DNA of 64,000 nucleotides from Candidatus Latescibacterota bacterium (GTDB lineage Bacteria; Latescibacterota; UBA2968; UBA8231): NCBI GenBank assembly GCA_965203175.1, contig OZ241867.1, positions 2,368,001 to 2,432,000 of the forward strand, read 5' to 3'. Shown piece by piece: positions 16,528 to 24,951 of this stretch (position 1 is its first letter; each line of letters starts with the position of its first letter). The notes under the pieces were generated by a model. It saw only the letters and a program-made list of their open reading frames with translations, ran no database searches and was not told where the DNA came from. The position numbers and the translations under genes were made by a program.

Positions 16528-16566
16528 AAAAAGGCTCCCTTGGCACTGTTCTTGCCGAGGGGGCTT
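16528..16566 (-). terminator. Hairpin, possible intrinsic terminator downstream of the 16588-17832 gene
   Basis: GGCTCCCTTGGCA / TGCCGAGGGGGCT stem with a T-run on the - strand. The wobble pairs favour the + strand, so it may be bidirectional. Confidence 0.5.
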
Positions 16567-16587
16567 GCTGTAGGGAAAACGGAATAC

Positions 16588-17832
16588 TTAGCTCACAGCC
16601 CTGATCTTGTGCTTGACGCTCTTCGGCCCATCCGAAAATGAGATCATCATCCCGCCTTTATACTCGATCCACCAACCGGGGCGAGAGGATTGTGGCTGCT
16701 CTGACAAACACGCAAGGCTCATTATGACTTTGTAAGGGTCGTCACTCAGCCGCTCTAACAGCTTTTCGTATAGGTATAGCGCACACTCGGTCACGATTAG
16801 GTGTGCATAGCGGATTCCACAAATGGTGATGGCATTCAGGATATGGGGGGCTGGCTTCATCGCCGCCCTGAAAGCCTGTTCACCTTCGATGGCGGCTAGG
16901 CGTCCGACGTCAATAGAATGCGCTCCCTCAAAGTTCGCTACGGTCCGAATCATCTCCTTTAGTGAAATCCCTTTCCCATCGAACATCACGACCTGCTGGC
17001 CTAACCAATCGTCGCAGCTTAAACCGGAGCCGGCACCTGCGTGAAATAACTGGTCGGCGCTCACCGGCCAAGCTGTTTCTTTAGACGGTACTCCCGTCCA
17101 GTCCGCCGCACCCGGTAGCGGCCACTCTATGAATATCTTTACCTCATGCGGCCCCGCACTGAACTGATTGGTTTCTTGGGGTTCCAGCGTATCGTCGTCT
17201 AATTTCGTCCATTCTACGACCATATCAGAGCAACCGAAGCCGACCTCAATCTCTCTCCGTCTGTCTTGGGGAATCTTACGCAACCGATCAAACTGCAACC
17301 CGACTGATTTTAGGATGCTATCATCGAGCAACCGGGTCTCGCGCCTGTCGTGGTCTCCTATGACGGTTTTTCGGAGGAACACCGAACAGAGCCGTGCTAA
17401 TGATGCGAATAAGTCTAGCACATGCCCCCGCTGGTTTCCATCGCACGCGCCGGATAACTGACTATTCAGCCCGTCGATTCCTAGTCGTAGGTCGGCCATT
17501 GCGCCCTTGATCCGAGCCATCTTATCCTGCTGCATGCCGCCAATCAAACTGCCCCTCACCGGCATTAATCTTACTCCACGTTCCTTGGGACTCTTTTGAA
17601 GAGCGGCAACAATCTTCTGGAGTTGAGTTACAGCAAGCTCTCTGCTCTCAAAAGCAAAATAAAAATTCTTTGACGCCCCGCTCGAATCATATACGATTCG
17701 GCCCTGATCGTTAAGTACCGGGACAGCCTGTATTTTTAAGATGAAAGTCTCATCGTTAGGGCTTTGAAACGGTACGATGTTTTTCATCCCATAAACAAGG
17801 TCATCGGGCTGTAGTATATCGCTGTCCTCCAT
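16588..17832 (-). CDS. Hypothetical protein (414 aa)
   Basis: Long ORF with AAGGAG RBS. Contains SLKEMIRTVANFEGAH; no family recognised with confidence. Confidence 0.75.
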   Translation of the reverse strand: MEDSDILQPDDLVYGMKNIVPFQSPNDETFILKIQAVPVLNDQGRIVYDSSGASKNFYFAFESRELAVTQLQKIVAALQKSPKERGVRLMPVRGSLIGGMQQDKMARIKGAMADLRLGIDGLNSQLSGACDGNQRGHVLDLFASLARLCSVFLRKTVIGDHDRRETRLLDDSILKSVGLQFDRLRKIPQDRRREIEVGFGCSDMVVEWTKLDDDTLEPQETNQFSAGPHEVKIFIEWPLPGAADWTGVPSKETAWPVSADQLFHAGAGSGLSCDDWLGQQVVMFDGKGISLKEMIRTVANFEGAHSIDVGRLAAIEGEQAFRAAMKPAPHILNAITICGIRYAHLIVTECALYLYEKLLERLSDDPYKVIMSLACLSEQPQSSRPGWWIEYKGGMMISFSDGPKSVKHKIRAVS

Positions 17833-17922
17833 CGTCTGGCTCCTTTACGGTAGGATTATTTGGGGGGACTTCCCCATTCGGTCACCCTGTGCGTCTCGGT
17901 AATGGGCTAATTTGAAAAATGA

Positions 17923-18065
17923 AGTAGTGGTTCACTTAAAAAATAATCGGCGATGGCTTTGGTCTGGCCAGACGCGCTTCCCGAGATCAACAGTAGTCTG
18001 CCCAACCGCAAGTTCTGCGCCTAACTTTGGCGGTTTAGGGCGAGATTTCAAACTGAATCACTATC
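17923..18065. mobile_element. About 143-bp MITE-like remnant with IS1-like imperfect TIRs
   Basis: AGTAGTGGTTCACTTAAAAAAT at left and, on the - strand, GATAGTGATTCAGTTTGAAAT at right. Another end, GGTAATGGGCTAATTTGAA, lies at 17898. Confidence 0.6.
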
Positions 18066-18413
18066 CTCTGAAGGTTGTTGGCTCGTCGTCAGTGAATCGG
18101 CAAGGGTGGCTATGATGGATTTCTCGTCCCGTTTCGACAGCCTCCCAATTTTGCGTACCACCGATTTATTATCGAGCGAGAAAAGCTTGAGGCGGATTTT
18201 GCAAGGCACATTGAGGCCGGCTTCCTGCCAATCCTCAATGACTACATCGCTTGGCCATTTGTTTTTCGTGCTCGTAATCATGGCGAAGATCGTTTGCTTG
18301 TGAACCTTATTGAAGCTCACTGAAGAGACAACTAGCGCTGGGCGGCGTTTCTTTTCATTGAGGTCTGCGAAGGGGAAAGGAACGACGACTACGTCGAATG
18401 GATCAAAGGTCAC
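18048..18413 (-). CDS. PemK/MazF family endoribonuclease toxin
   Basis: TFDPFDVVVVPFPFAD...KRRPALVVS...AMITS...AGLNVPCKIR. GTG 18413 follows a GAGGAGG RBS inside the upstream gene (11-bp overlap). Confidence 0.92.
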   Translation of the reverse strand: MTFDPFDVVVVPFPFADLNEKKRRPALVVSSVSFNKVHKQTIFAMITSTKNKWPSDVVIEDWQEAGLNVPCKIRLKLFSLDNKSVVRKIGRLSKRDEKSIIATLADSLTTSQQPSEDSDSV

Positions 18414-21400
18414 GCCAAGCCTCCTCATCTTCTGGGGAAGTCCATTCTTCACTCATCGTCTGATAAAGATCACGCAGATAATCATCCTGAACTAGTGGCC
18501 AGCCGCCGTGGGCGTCTATTGTTTTGTCGATTTTGGCCATGATGCGCGGCGTCTCGGCCAAGGCCGCGCAGAGGCGGGAGTAGTGGTCAATGTCATCGTA
18601 TGAGAGGGTGCGATTTTTGCGGTCTTTGAGCCACTTCTCTGCCGGCTGGTAGCCACCAATGGTGAATTCCCACGTGTCTAGCGCAACGCCGTCAAAATAC
18701 TGCTCGCCGTTGATCCACACCCGCTTTTGCGGCGGTGCATAGCGCACTTTTTCTACGCAATTGTTGCCTTTGATCGGAAAAGCAGGGACCTCGTCATCAT
18801 CGGCTTCCATTAAGTGCAGGGCTGTCAGCCGCTTCCCAAGCATGGCGAGCGACTCAAACAGCGCACCGCAGTTGGTCACGGGAATGCGGGGAAAATCTGA
18901 CTTGAGGAAATCAGCGTAGCGGCGGCGGTATTCTGGGCTGTGGAGGACGGCGTAGAGATAGTGGAGTATATCTTCCGGGCCGAAGGTAGTTGTGAGGTCA
19001 CCGGTGCCTTCGGGGATGAAATCGAGAGTGGTAGCGGAGGAGAAGACTTTGACGAAATCGGAGTTCAGGTTGGGGACACGCCTAGATTCTTCTGTTGAAT
19101 AGATATAAAGCGGGAAGAGACAGTTCCCACCACGTCGAAACAAATTGAAATCCGAGGAAAATTTTGAAGCAAAAACGATCTCCCAAGTGTCGGAACCAAT
19201 AACTTGACCAGCACGGCCGACGCACAACCCTAAGTTCGGGCCTGCCAACATGTGACGCATGACGCGCTCACGCCTGTGGACAGCGACATTGCGGTCGAAT
19301 ATTGTGGCCCGGACATCGAACGGTCGGTAGAGGACTGGTTTGATTCGCTCGCGCCAAGAGCCACCCGCTAGTTCCTGTTTCGCTTGGTCATATTGCCATT
19401 GATTCTGCGAACACAGACGCCATTGGGCACGTGCCTCATCTTCCGATGAGGTGGCGAGCAAACGCTCGACTTTAGCCGCCGCCTCTTCCGGTGTCCATGA
19501 GATGGCGAATTGATCGTGTGTAGTTACGATACCCGGTGCTGGATCGCCATTCGGCGAAAAAATTGAGGGGATAGACCACGCTGCTTCGTACTCTTCGAGC
19601 AATTCTTCGTTGCGCGGAATGAACAGATATAACGGCGGCTTAGGTGAAAGCTCTGTCCAATCGGTAGTTTTAACGCTGTTGGCGGCGAGCCAGCCATATT
19701 TTCCGCGATTCGGCCCCGACTCGCGCTCGCCCCACAAGTCAGCGTGAAACACTTTGGCTGGGCCGTTATCGGCATTTTTGCATTTGACGAACAGACCTAT
19801 GGCGACCCCCTGCTGAATGTCGAACACATTTTCGTCGTTGCCGCCATCAGGAGTGCGCTCCTGCTTCTTGGCGTTGCCGTGCAGGTCGAGCAAATAGATC
19901 TCGTCAAAGGTTTCCATCAAGCTGCGGCGCATCCCACGAAAGGTCGGGTTGTCCAAATAGCCATGGTCGGTCACGAAGCCGAGCACACCCTCACCAGTGC
20001 GCTCAATGCGCCATTGGGCAAAGCGGATGAATTTCACGTAATCGTTGCTGAGCCATTTTGCTTGCGCCGGTCTTTCTAATTCGGGAAAACCCTGCTTGTA
20101 GCTACCGATCAACTCCGCAATCCACGCGTTCTTGTTGGCGGAGTGCCCGGAATAGGGTGGATTGCCCATCACGACCATTACCGGCTTTTCTTGCTTGACC
20201 GCATAAGCACTGGCCGCTTCGCGCACAATTTCGGGAGCAAAAAGCGGGGAACTATGCCCTTCGTCTGGTCCTTCTAAGGCATTGGTGAGGAAGACATTGA
20301 GCCGCTCACCGGCGGGCATGGCAAAGCCGCGGTCCGTGCCGCCGATTTCGAGCGCGAGTTTCAGGTGGCAGATCGAGTAAGGGGCCATCAGCAACTCAAA
20401 TCCGAACAGGCGCGGCAAAAGGTGCTTATGTACGTAGCCCGGCCAAGCACCGCCTAATCCCTTCGCTTCAATGGTCTCGCGGATGGTGGCGACTACTTCG
20501 CGCAGAAAGGTTCCTGTGCCCGCTGCTGGGTCGAGAATCGTCACTCTCGGACGGGGAGAGCCGCCGTTTTCGGATGCGACCGTCGCCGTGTCGGCTAGCC
20601 CATCGGCTAAGCCAAACTGATCGCGCAACAAGTGGTCCACACTCTGCACGATGTAAGACACCACGGGTTCGGGAGTATAGTACACACCTCGCTTCTCGCG
20701 TAGGTGCGGATCATAAGCCGCTAAGAAATCCTCATAGAAATGCACTACCGGGTCTTCTTGCCGGGTCTTCTTGCCGAACTCGGACAGGATAGATGCCATG
20801 TCCGCCCGATCTAGTAGGTACGCCAGATCATCAACTATCCAAGCGATCCGCTCGTCCATCCCTGGGCCAGCAATCCTCCCGAAGACATCTCGCAAAAAGG
20901 GCGTGGTTTCGGCAAACGCGGCCGACTGGCGGGTAAAAGGTTTATTGTCGTGTTCGTGTCGGCACCGTGCCGCAAACAGCCCATAAGCAGCCGTCTGCGC
21001 CTGCAAATCGGCGAAGTCTGCTTCCGACAAGCCGGCGATGAGCCCCTCGCGGTAACCGGTGAGCATATTGTGGAGGGGGCCGGCCTCAGTTTCTTGAGCC
21101 AAGATGCGCTCAATGCTGTCACGGAGTAGCCGCGCCTTGGCCGCCATGCGCTCGGCCAGTTCACGCGGCTGGCCAATGGACGGCGGGTCGGCGTCAAAGA
21201 ACGCGGTGAACAGTTCGGCGACTTGGGGAGCGCCGGTTTGGTCAATAGTGATACGATCTCGATTGCCGGTGTGTGCAAGACGAGCCTTCAGGTGTAACTC
21301 CCCTTCTACATACCAGCGAAATTCGAGATAGTCGGTGAGAATCAGATTCGGCAAACTGTCGAGGTAACGCGTGAGTTGGTCATCGCGTTCGACTCGGTTC

Positions 21401-21654
21401 AGATCTACGTCGATATCCTTGCATTCGACATGCCCGATGGGTACCCCTCCCCGCTCGACGATGAAATCGGGCGCACCGCACTTGACGCGCTTAGGCTCAT
21501 TGAGGGCACGAACTCGTTTGCCACCCAACCCTTGGATCAGATTCTCAAGGGCCGAGCGGTAGCTGTGCTCGGTCGCCTGCTTGGTAGCAAAGGTAGTCTT
21601 CAGGCTATTGTAATACACCCGAAGAGGACTACTAAGGGCCTGTTTTGTCGTCAT
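18403..21654 (-). CDS. Type IIG/ISP-like restriction-modification enzyme (nuclease + N6-adenine MTase + specificity domain) with a C-terminal antitoxin-like tail
   Basis: GAPDF...GHVECKD nuclease motif, GVYYTP, LDPAAGTGTF (motif I), GNPPY (motif IV), YRPFD, FPRIP, IGGYQ...KWLKDRK, HGGWPL. No helicase motifs seen. Confidence 0.92.
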   Translation of the reverse strand: MTTKQALSSPLRVYYNSLKTTFATKQATEHSYRSALENLIQGLGGKRVRALNEPKRVKCGAPDFIVERGGVPIGHVECKDIDVDLNRVERDDQLTRYLDSLPNLILTDYLEFRWYVEGELHLKARLAHTGNRDRITIDQTGAPQVAELFTAFFDADPPSIGQPRELAERMAAKARLLRDSIERILAQETEAGPLHNMLTGYREGLIAGLSEADFADLQAQTAAYGLFAARCRHEHDNKPFTRQSAAFAETTPFLRDVFGRIAGPGMDERIAWIVDDLAYLLDRADMASILSEFGKKTRQEDPVVHFYEDFLAAYDPHLREKRGVYYTPEPVVSYIVQSVDHLLRDQFGLADGLADTATVASENGGSPRPRVTILDPAAGTGTFLREVVATIRETIEAKGLGGAWPGYVHKHLLPRLFGFELLMAPYSICHLKLALEIGGTDRGFAMPAGERLNVFLTNALEGPDEGHSSPLFAPEIVREAASAYAVKQEKPVMVVMGNPPYSGHSANKNAWIAELIGSYKQGFPELERPAQAKWLSNDYVKFIRFAQWRIERTGEGVLGFVTDHGYLDNPTFRGMRRSLMETFDEIYLLDLHGNAKKQERTPDGGNDENVFDIQQGVAIGLFVKCKNADNGPAKVFHADLWGERESGPNRGKYGWLAANSVKTTDWTELSPKPPLYLFIPRNEELLEEYEAAWSIPSIFSPNGDPAPGIVTTHDQFAISWTPEEAAAKVERLLATSSEDEARAQWRLCSQNQWQYDQAKQELAGGSWRERIKPVLYRPFDVRATIFDRNVAVHRRERVMRHMLAGPNLGLCVGRAGQVIGSDTWEIVFASKFSSDFNLFRRGGNCLFPLYIYSTEESRRVPNLNSDFVKVFSSATTLDFIPEGTGDLTTTFGPEDILHYLYAVLHSPEYRRRYADFLKSDFPRIPVTNCGALFESLAMLGKRLTALHLMEADDDEVPAFPIKGNNCVEKVRYAPPQKRVWINGEQYFDGVALDTWEFTIGGYQPAEKWLKDRKNRTLSYDDIDHYSRLCAALAETPRIMAKIDKTIDAHGGWPLVQDDYLRDLYQTMSEEWTSPEDEEAWRDL

Positions 21655-21675
21655 ATCAAGTCCCCCTTTACAATT

Positions 21676-22560
21676 CTACGCCAATCCCACTTTCCGCTTG
21701 GCCGCCCACACGGTGTTGTAGAGCAACAGCGCGATCGTCATCGGCCCGACCCCGTTGGGCACAGGGGTGATCGCACGGACCTTTGGGCGCACCTGTTTGT
21801 AGTCCACGTCGCCGACGAGCCGCCAGCCGCGTTCGCGCGAGGGGTCGTCAACTTGGTTGATGCCCACGTCGATTACCACGGCGTCTTCTTTGACCATATC
21901 CGCCGTGATGCCACGGGGAAATCCAGCCGCCACCACTAGGATGTCCGCTTGGCGCGTAAAATATCCGAGGTCGCGGGTGCCGGTGTGGCACAGAGTTACC
22001 GTGGCATTGGCCCCGGTCGCCTTGTGCCCCAGCAAGATGGCTACGGGCCGTCCCACGAGCGTGCTGCGGCCGACTACGACCACGTGCTGGCCGTCCACCT
22101 CGATTCCGCTGCGACTGAGAATCTGCAAGACCCCGTGCGGCGTACAGGGCCAAAAGCATTCCTCCTGCCGGACGAGGCGGCCCAAATTGACCGGGTGCAA
22201 GCCATCGACATCCTTGTTTGGGTCAATGGCGTTGAGGACTTGTTGCTCGTCTTGGCCTGGCAGTGGTAGCTGTATCAAAATGCCGTGAATTGCGTCGTCG
22301 GCGTTGAGTCGATCGACGGTGGCTAGCACGTCTTCGGTCGTGGCGTTGGCCGGCAGATCTATTTGCTCGGAGTGAATGCCGAGGGATTCGCAGGCGCGAC
22401 CCTTGGCGCGCACGTAGGACTGTGAGGCTGGGTCGTCCCCAACCAGCACGACTGCTAAGCCCGGAACTAGACTGTGCTCCTGCTTCAGGCGCGCGATGTC
22501 CACCAGCAACTCTTCTTGCACTTGGGCCGCAATCGTCCGGCCATCGAGTCGCTCTCCCAT
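21676..22560 (-). CDS. folD: Bifunctional methylenetetrahydrofolate dehydrogenase/cyclohydrolase
   Basis: KDVDGLHP, PCTP, VGRSTLVGRP and ITPVPNGVGPMT motifs. TGATG coupling to serS. Confidence 0.96.
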   Translation of the reverse strand: MGERLDGRTIAAQVQEELLVDIARLKQEHSLVPGLAVVLVGDDPASQSYVRAKGRACESLGIHSEQIDLPANATTEDVLATVDRLNADDAIHGILIQLPLPGQDEQQVLNAIDPNKDVDGLHPVNLGRLVRQEECFWPCTPHGVLQILSRSGIEVDGQHVVVVGRSTLVGRPVAILLGHKATGANATVTLCHTGTRDLGYFTRQADILVVAAGFPRGITADMVKEDAVVIDVGINQVDDPSRERGWRLVGDVDYKQVRPKVRAITPVPNGVGPMTIALLLYNTVWAAKRKVGLA

Positions 22561-23921
22561 CACGCGCCTTTCGGTTGCAGGACGCTTTTCTGAACGACCC
22601 GTTGTAAGGCTTCGGGGACCTGTACTGCGCCGTCCGGTTGCTGATAGTTGTCCAAAATGGCGATCAGCAATCGGCCCATCGCGCAGCCTGTGTCGTTGAC
22701 TAGGTGGCAAAATCCCCGACCGCTCGCGCCCTTGTAGCGGATGTTCAAGCGCCGGGCCTGATAGTCCGTGGCGTTGGTGTCGGTCATTACCTCCATGAAC
22801 TCGCCCGTCCCGGACATCCACACTTCCACGTCCCGCTGCCGATGGCTAGCCAGATAGCCCGCGTCTCCGTGGCACTTATCGACGACCCGGTAGGGCAGGG
22901 CTAACTCTTGCAAAAGCCATTCGTTGATTTGGCCGAATTCTTCGTACAGGGCTTCGGACTGATCGGGCAGGCACACGGCGTTCATTTCGATTTTGTCGAA
23001 CTGGTGCATGCGCTTGATGCCCTTGACGTCTTGGCCCCAAGACCCGGCTTCCGAGCGAAAGCAAGCCGTATAGGCAAAGAGCTTGACCGGCAGTTCGGCC
23101 GAGTCCAAGGTCTGGTCCATGAAGTAGCTGAAATTGGTCGGCTCGGACGACCCGACTAGGAAGAGCTCGGCCCCTTCTTCTACGTTATCGGTCTTGATGG
23201 CATAGACTTGGTCGCGGCCCTCGGGAAAGTGCGAGGTGCCGTACAGCGAGCGTTCCCGCACTAGGAGCGGCGGTACGAACATCTCGTACCCGCGCGCTAA
23301 AAGCTCGTCGATGAGGAGCTGGCTCAGGGCGTATTGCATCCGCGCGACATCGCCGCGCAGATAGGCAAAGCGCGAGCCGGAGACTTGGCCGCCCTGTAAG
23401 GTGTTGATGCCGCCTAATTTGACGCCGAGGTCTGCGTGATGGAGGGGCTCAAAGGCGTCGTCTGGGGCGTGCAGAGGCCGCGTGGGCATGTATTGGGCAC
23501 TGGTGTTCCCGCGGCCCAGCTTGTCCGCGGCTAGGTAGCCTTGCCCCGGAATCCAGGCGTTCTCCTCGACGTTGTCTTCCTCGCTAGCTCCTGTGGGCAT
23601 ATCGGGATGTGGCCAGTTGGGGAACCAATCCATGATTCCCTGCCACTCGGCGACAACGGTTCCCAACTCGTGCTCCAGCACTCGCCCGCGCTCGCGCAAC
23701 TCCCGCCCTTTTTCCCGCGCTGCATCCGGGTCGTTGCGACCGAGTTGGGCTAGTTGCTTTTTCTCGCTGTTGAGCGCGTCGATATTCCGTTGCAGCTTTT
23801 GCCGCGCTGCGTCGAGGGCCAACCAGCGATCCACATTGGCTTTGGCCGGGTCAACCTTGCGCACCCGTATCGCCTCGCGCATGGCGTCGGGATCGGTGCG
23901 CACGGCCTTTGGGTCGATCAT
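22560..23921 (-). CDS. serS: Serine--tRNA ligase
   Basis: N-terminal coiled coil, motif 2 FRSEAGS...RMHQFDKIE, DYQARRLNIR, motif 3 GRLLIAILDNYQ. Confidence 0.93.
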   Translation of the reverse strand: MIDPKAVRTDPDAMREAIRVRKVDPAKANVDRWLALDAARQKLQRNIDALNSEKKQLAQLGRNDPDAAREKGRELRERGRVLEHELGTVVAEWQGIMDWFPNWPHPDMPTGASEEDNVEENAWIPGQGYLAADKLGRGNTSAQYMPTRPLHAPDDAFEPLHHADLGVKLGGINTLQGGQVSGSRFAYLRGDVARMQYALSQLLIDELLARGYEMFVPPLLVRERSLYGTSHFPEGRDQVYAIKTDNVEEGAELFLVGSSEPTNFSYFMDQTLDSAELPVKLFAYTACFRSEAGSWGQDVKGIKRMHQFDKIEMNAVCLPDQSEALYEEFGQINEWLLQELALPYRVVDKCHGDAGYLASHRQRDVEVWMSGTGEFMEVMTDTNATDYQARRLNIRYKGASGRGFCHLVNDTGCAMGRLLIAILDNYQQPDGAVQVPEALQRVVQKSVLQPKGA

Positions 23922-24003
23922 GATGCTCGCTCTCAGTTTTGGGTCAAAAATGGATTAAAAATAAGAACGCCGCTGGCGCGAATCGTGGCAATATCGCGGG
24001 ATT

Positions 24004-24927
24004 TTAGCTCTTCGGAGCGATCTTTTGCAGCCACTCGTCCCGCCCGCCGTAGGCGGCAAACACGGCTTCGAGCAAGAGCCGCACGGCTTGGCCAAAGTAG
24101 CGGCCCCGCCGCCAGGCCACGCCGATTTCGCGCTCAAAGGCCACGCCGCGCACTTCTACTATTTTGAGCGCGCCGCTGGCCAGCGATTCGCGGATGGTCA
24201 ATCGCGGCAAAAACGAGATGCCCACCCCGGCCTCCACTAACTTGCGCATGGCCTCTGGGCTGCGCAGCTCCATTACCGCCCCCGGTGTTAAGCCAGCTTC
24301 GGCGAACTTCTCGTCAACCACCTGGCGCGAGACCGAGTCGGCGTGAAAGAGGATCAGAGGCTCTTCCACTACTTCGGCGAGGGCGACGGACTCGCACCGG
24401 GCAAAGCGATGCGCTGGCCCGACGACCAAGGGCATGTCGTCGCGGTAAATCGGCACGGCGTCGATTTTGGGATGGGTATAGGGCAGGTGGACCAGCGCGA
24501 ATTCAGAGCGCTGCATCAGCAGGTCGTCGATGAGATAGCGCGAGGGGGCCACTTGGGTCTTGAGCGCGACGCCCGGATAGCGGCGCATGTACTCTTTGAG
24601 AATTTCCGGCAGGAGATAGATGACAGCCGCGTCCACCGCCCCAAACTGAAAGCCTCCCCCCGGCGCTAGGTCGCTTCGCTGAAGCCGCTCGCTGGCCTCC
24701 TCCAGCAAGTCCTCGACTTGGACGGCATAGCTCAGCAGCAGGCGGCCCTCGGTCGTCAGGGCCACGTGCCGCTTGTCGCGGTTGAAGAGCTGGACTCCCA
24801 TGCTTTTCTCCAACTCCGAAACCGCGCTGGAAACCGTCGGCTGGGTCACGTTCATCTGGCGCGCCGCTTGGGTAAAGCCGCCCGTGCGCGCCACGGCGAG
24901 GAAGTAGCGCAGGTGTTGCAGATTCAT
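24004..24927 (-). CDS. LysR family transcriptional regulator
   Basis: LRYFLAVA...FTQAARQMNVTQPTVS...LFNR HTH plus substrate-binding domain. Confidence 0.95.
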   Translation of the reverse strand: MNLQHLRYFLAVARTGGFTQAARQMNVTQPTVSSAVSELEKSMGVQLFNRDKRHVALTTEGRLLLSYAVQVEDLLEEASERLQRSDLAPGGGFQFGAVDAAVIYLLPEILKEYMRRYPGVALKTQVAPSRYLIDDLLMQRSEFALVHLPYTHPKIDAVPIYRDDMPLVVGPAHRFARCESVALAEVVEEPLILFHADSVSRQVVDEKFAEAGLTPGAVMELRSPEAMRKLVEAGVGISFLPRLTIRESLASGALKIVEVRGVAFEREIGVAWRRGRYFGQAVRLLLEAVFAAYGGRDEWLQKIAPKS

Positions 24928-24951
24928 GGGCGCAGCGCGCCGTGTGCAGTG

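Noticed and set aside
10800-17900. Integron cassette array explaining the run of single foreign ORFs
   Set aside because: No convincing RYYYAAC...GTTRRRY attC sites between the ORFs and no intI.
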